Source of the DNA: Eledone cirrhosa
Taxonomy: Eukaryota
Assembly (NCBI GenBank): GCA_964016885.1
Contig: OZ024743.1
Location: 60,264,001 to 60,328,000, forward strand
DNA length: 64,000 nt
Reading direction: 5' to 3'
Below the pieces are notes generated by a model. That model was not told the origin of the DNA. It worked only from the letters and a program-made list of their open reading frames with translations, and searched no databases. This document shows, in pieces, positions 63,004 to 64,000 of this stretch. Position numbers and translations under genes: made by a program. Numbering within the stretch: the first letter of the stretch is position 1; each line of letters starts with the position of its first letter.

Positions 63004-64000
63004 CTCTCTCTCCCCACCTCTCTCTTCCTCTCTCTCTCTCGTGCATTACATGTAAAGTTTGAAAGATTCAATTCTTATATCCGGCTAATTAATCATGTTA
63101 TCTATTGCCCCGAATGACTGTTGTTTTAGATCATACAGCAGTACCATTGAAGTCATATTTTTTTTTTCACTTCGTCAAGTTGCTGAGAATGTTCGTGAGA
63201 AAAATCCTGAAATGTATTTTTTTTATAGATCTAACCATAGATCTAACCACAGAAATTCGTTTTGAACTGTTCTAAAATAAATCGGTATACCTGAAATAAA
63301 TGTTATATATTATAGTTTCCTTTCCTAAATGACTGAAACCTGTTGTTTCCGAGGGTCAACATTCAGGCTCCTTCGACGTTTCATATGGTACAAAACAAGT
63401 GTGTGTCATAGTCCCAGTTCTTTCTGTCATACTGCATTATGCTTATGGCGACAACGAAATGGGCGTATAATTTCAATTCCTTACTAATAGCTACCTAATC
63501 AGTTATCATTGCTTTAAAGTAAAAATACTTGGCAATGATACGGGGCATTTTATTTGCTGATAATACTGCTCTTGCTACAACATCTATCAAAGAAACTCAA
63601 TAACTTGTTAATAAATTCTCAAAGACGAGTTATTCATTAAGGCTCACCATCATAAACACACCCAGCAGACATGAAATACACATAAATCAGAGGTATAAAA
63701 CATCAATAAAGTGTTCAACAATTCCATACCACTCACATTCTGATCGATACATAGCTTGAGAACGTGGTGATCTCAAGCGTTACTGTTGATGAAATAGTCA
63801 ACCACATATTCTAAGCTTTAAATGCTTTCAGCAAATGTTGACAATGTCTCTGGGTCGAACGATGAATCTCTTCGAAACGGAAACTAAATTCTAGCAAGCC
63901 GGTCCATTCACCTGTACTGAACGCAATGTATTATTGCGAATGGTTATATTTATTTGATATATATTTATCGTAACGAGCTCTCTTTGTCTTCAAATGTACT

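Overview
AT-rich, microsatellite-dense eukaryotic DNA made almost entirely of transposable-element remnants. I found no host gene exon, rRNA, tRNA gene or CRISPR array. The SINE sequence and repeat mix resemble octopod cephalopod genomes (inference only). Large elements: a near full-length L1/Tx1-clade LINE (22.6-29.15 kb), a near-intact Penelope-like (Naiad-type, YRDD RT + C-terminal GIY-YIG) retroelement (54.85-58.96 kb), a head-to-head inverted Penelope pair (17.9-20.3 kb), a compound non-autonomous Helitron, maT/mariner and hAT-Buster DNA transposons, and Gypsy, R4/Dong, CRE and RTE fragments, plus tRNA-derived SINEs. The main signal not shown by the ORF track is a set of type I hammerhead ribozyme (HHR) motifs in at least eight sequence-unrelated families, almost all docked at (TA)n tracts. 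Several sit in non-coding 440-670 bp units that are circularly permuted or partially tandem and carry fold-back inversions. Some have unusually extended stem II, and one family shows compensatory base changes. This looks like a (TA)n-targeted retrozyme/pLTR community mobilised by Penelope-like elements. All calls come from reading the sequence by eye, so boundaries are approximate.
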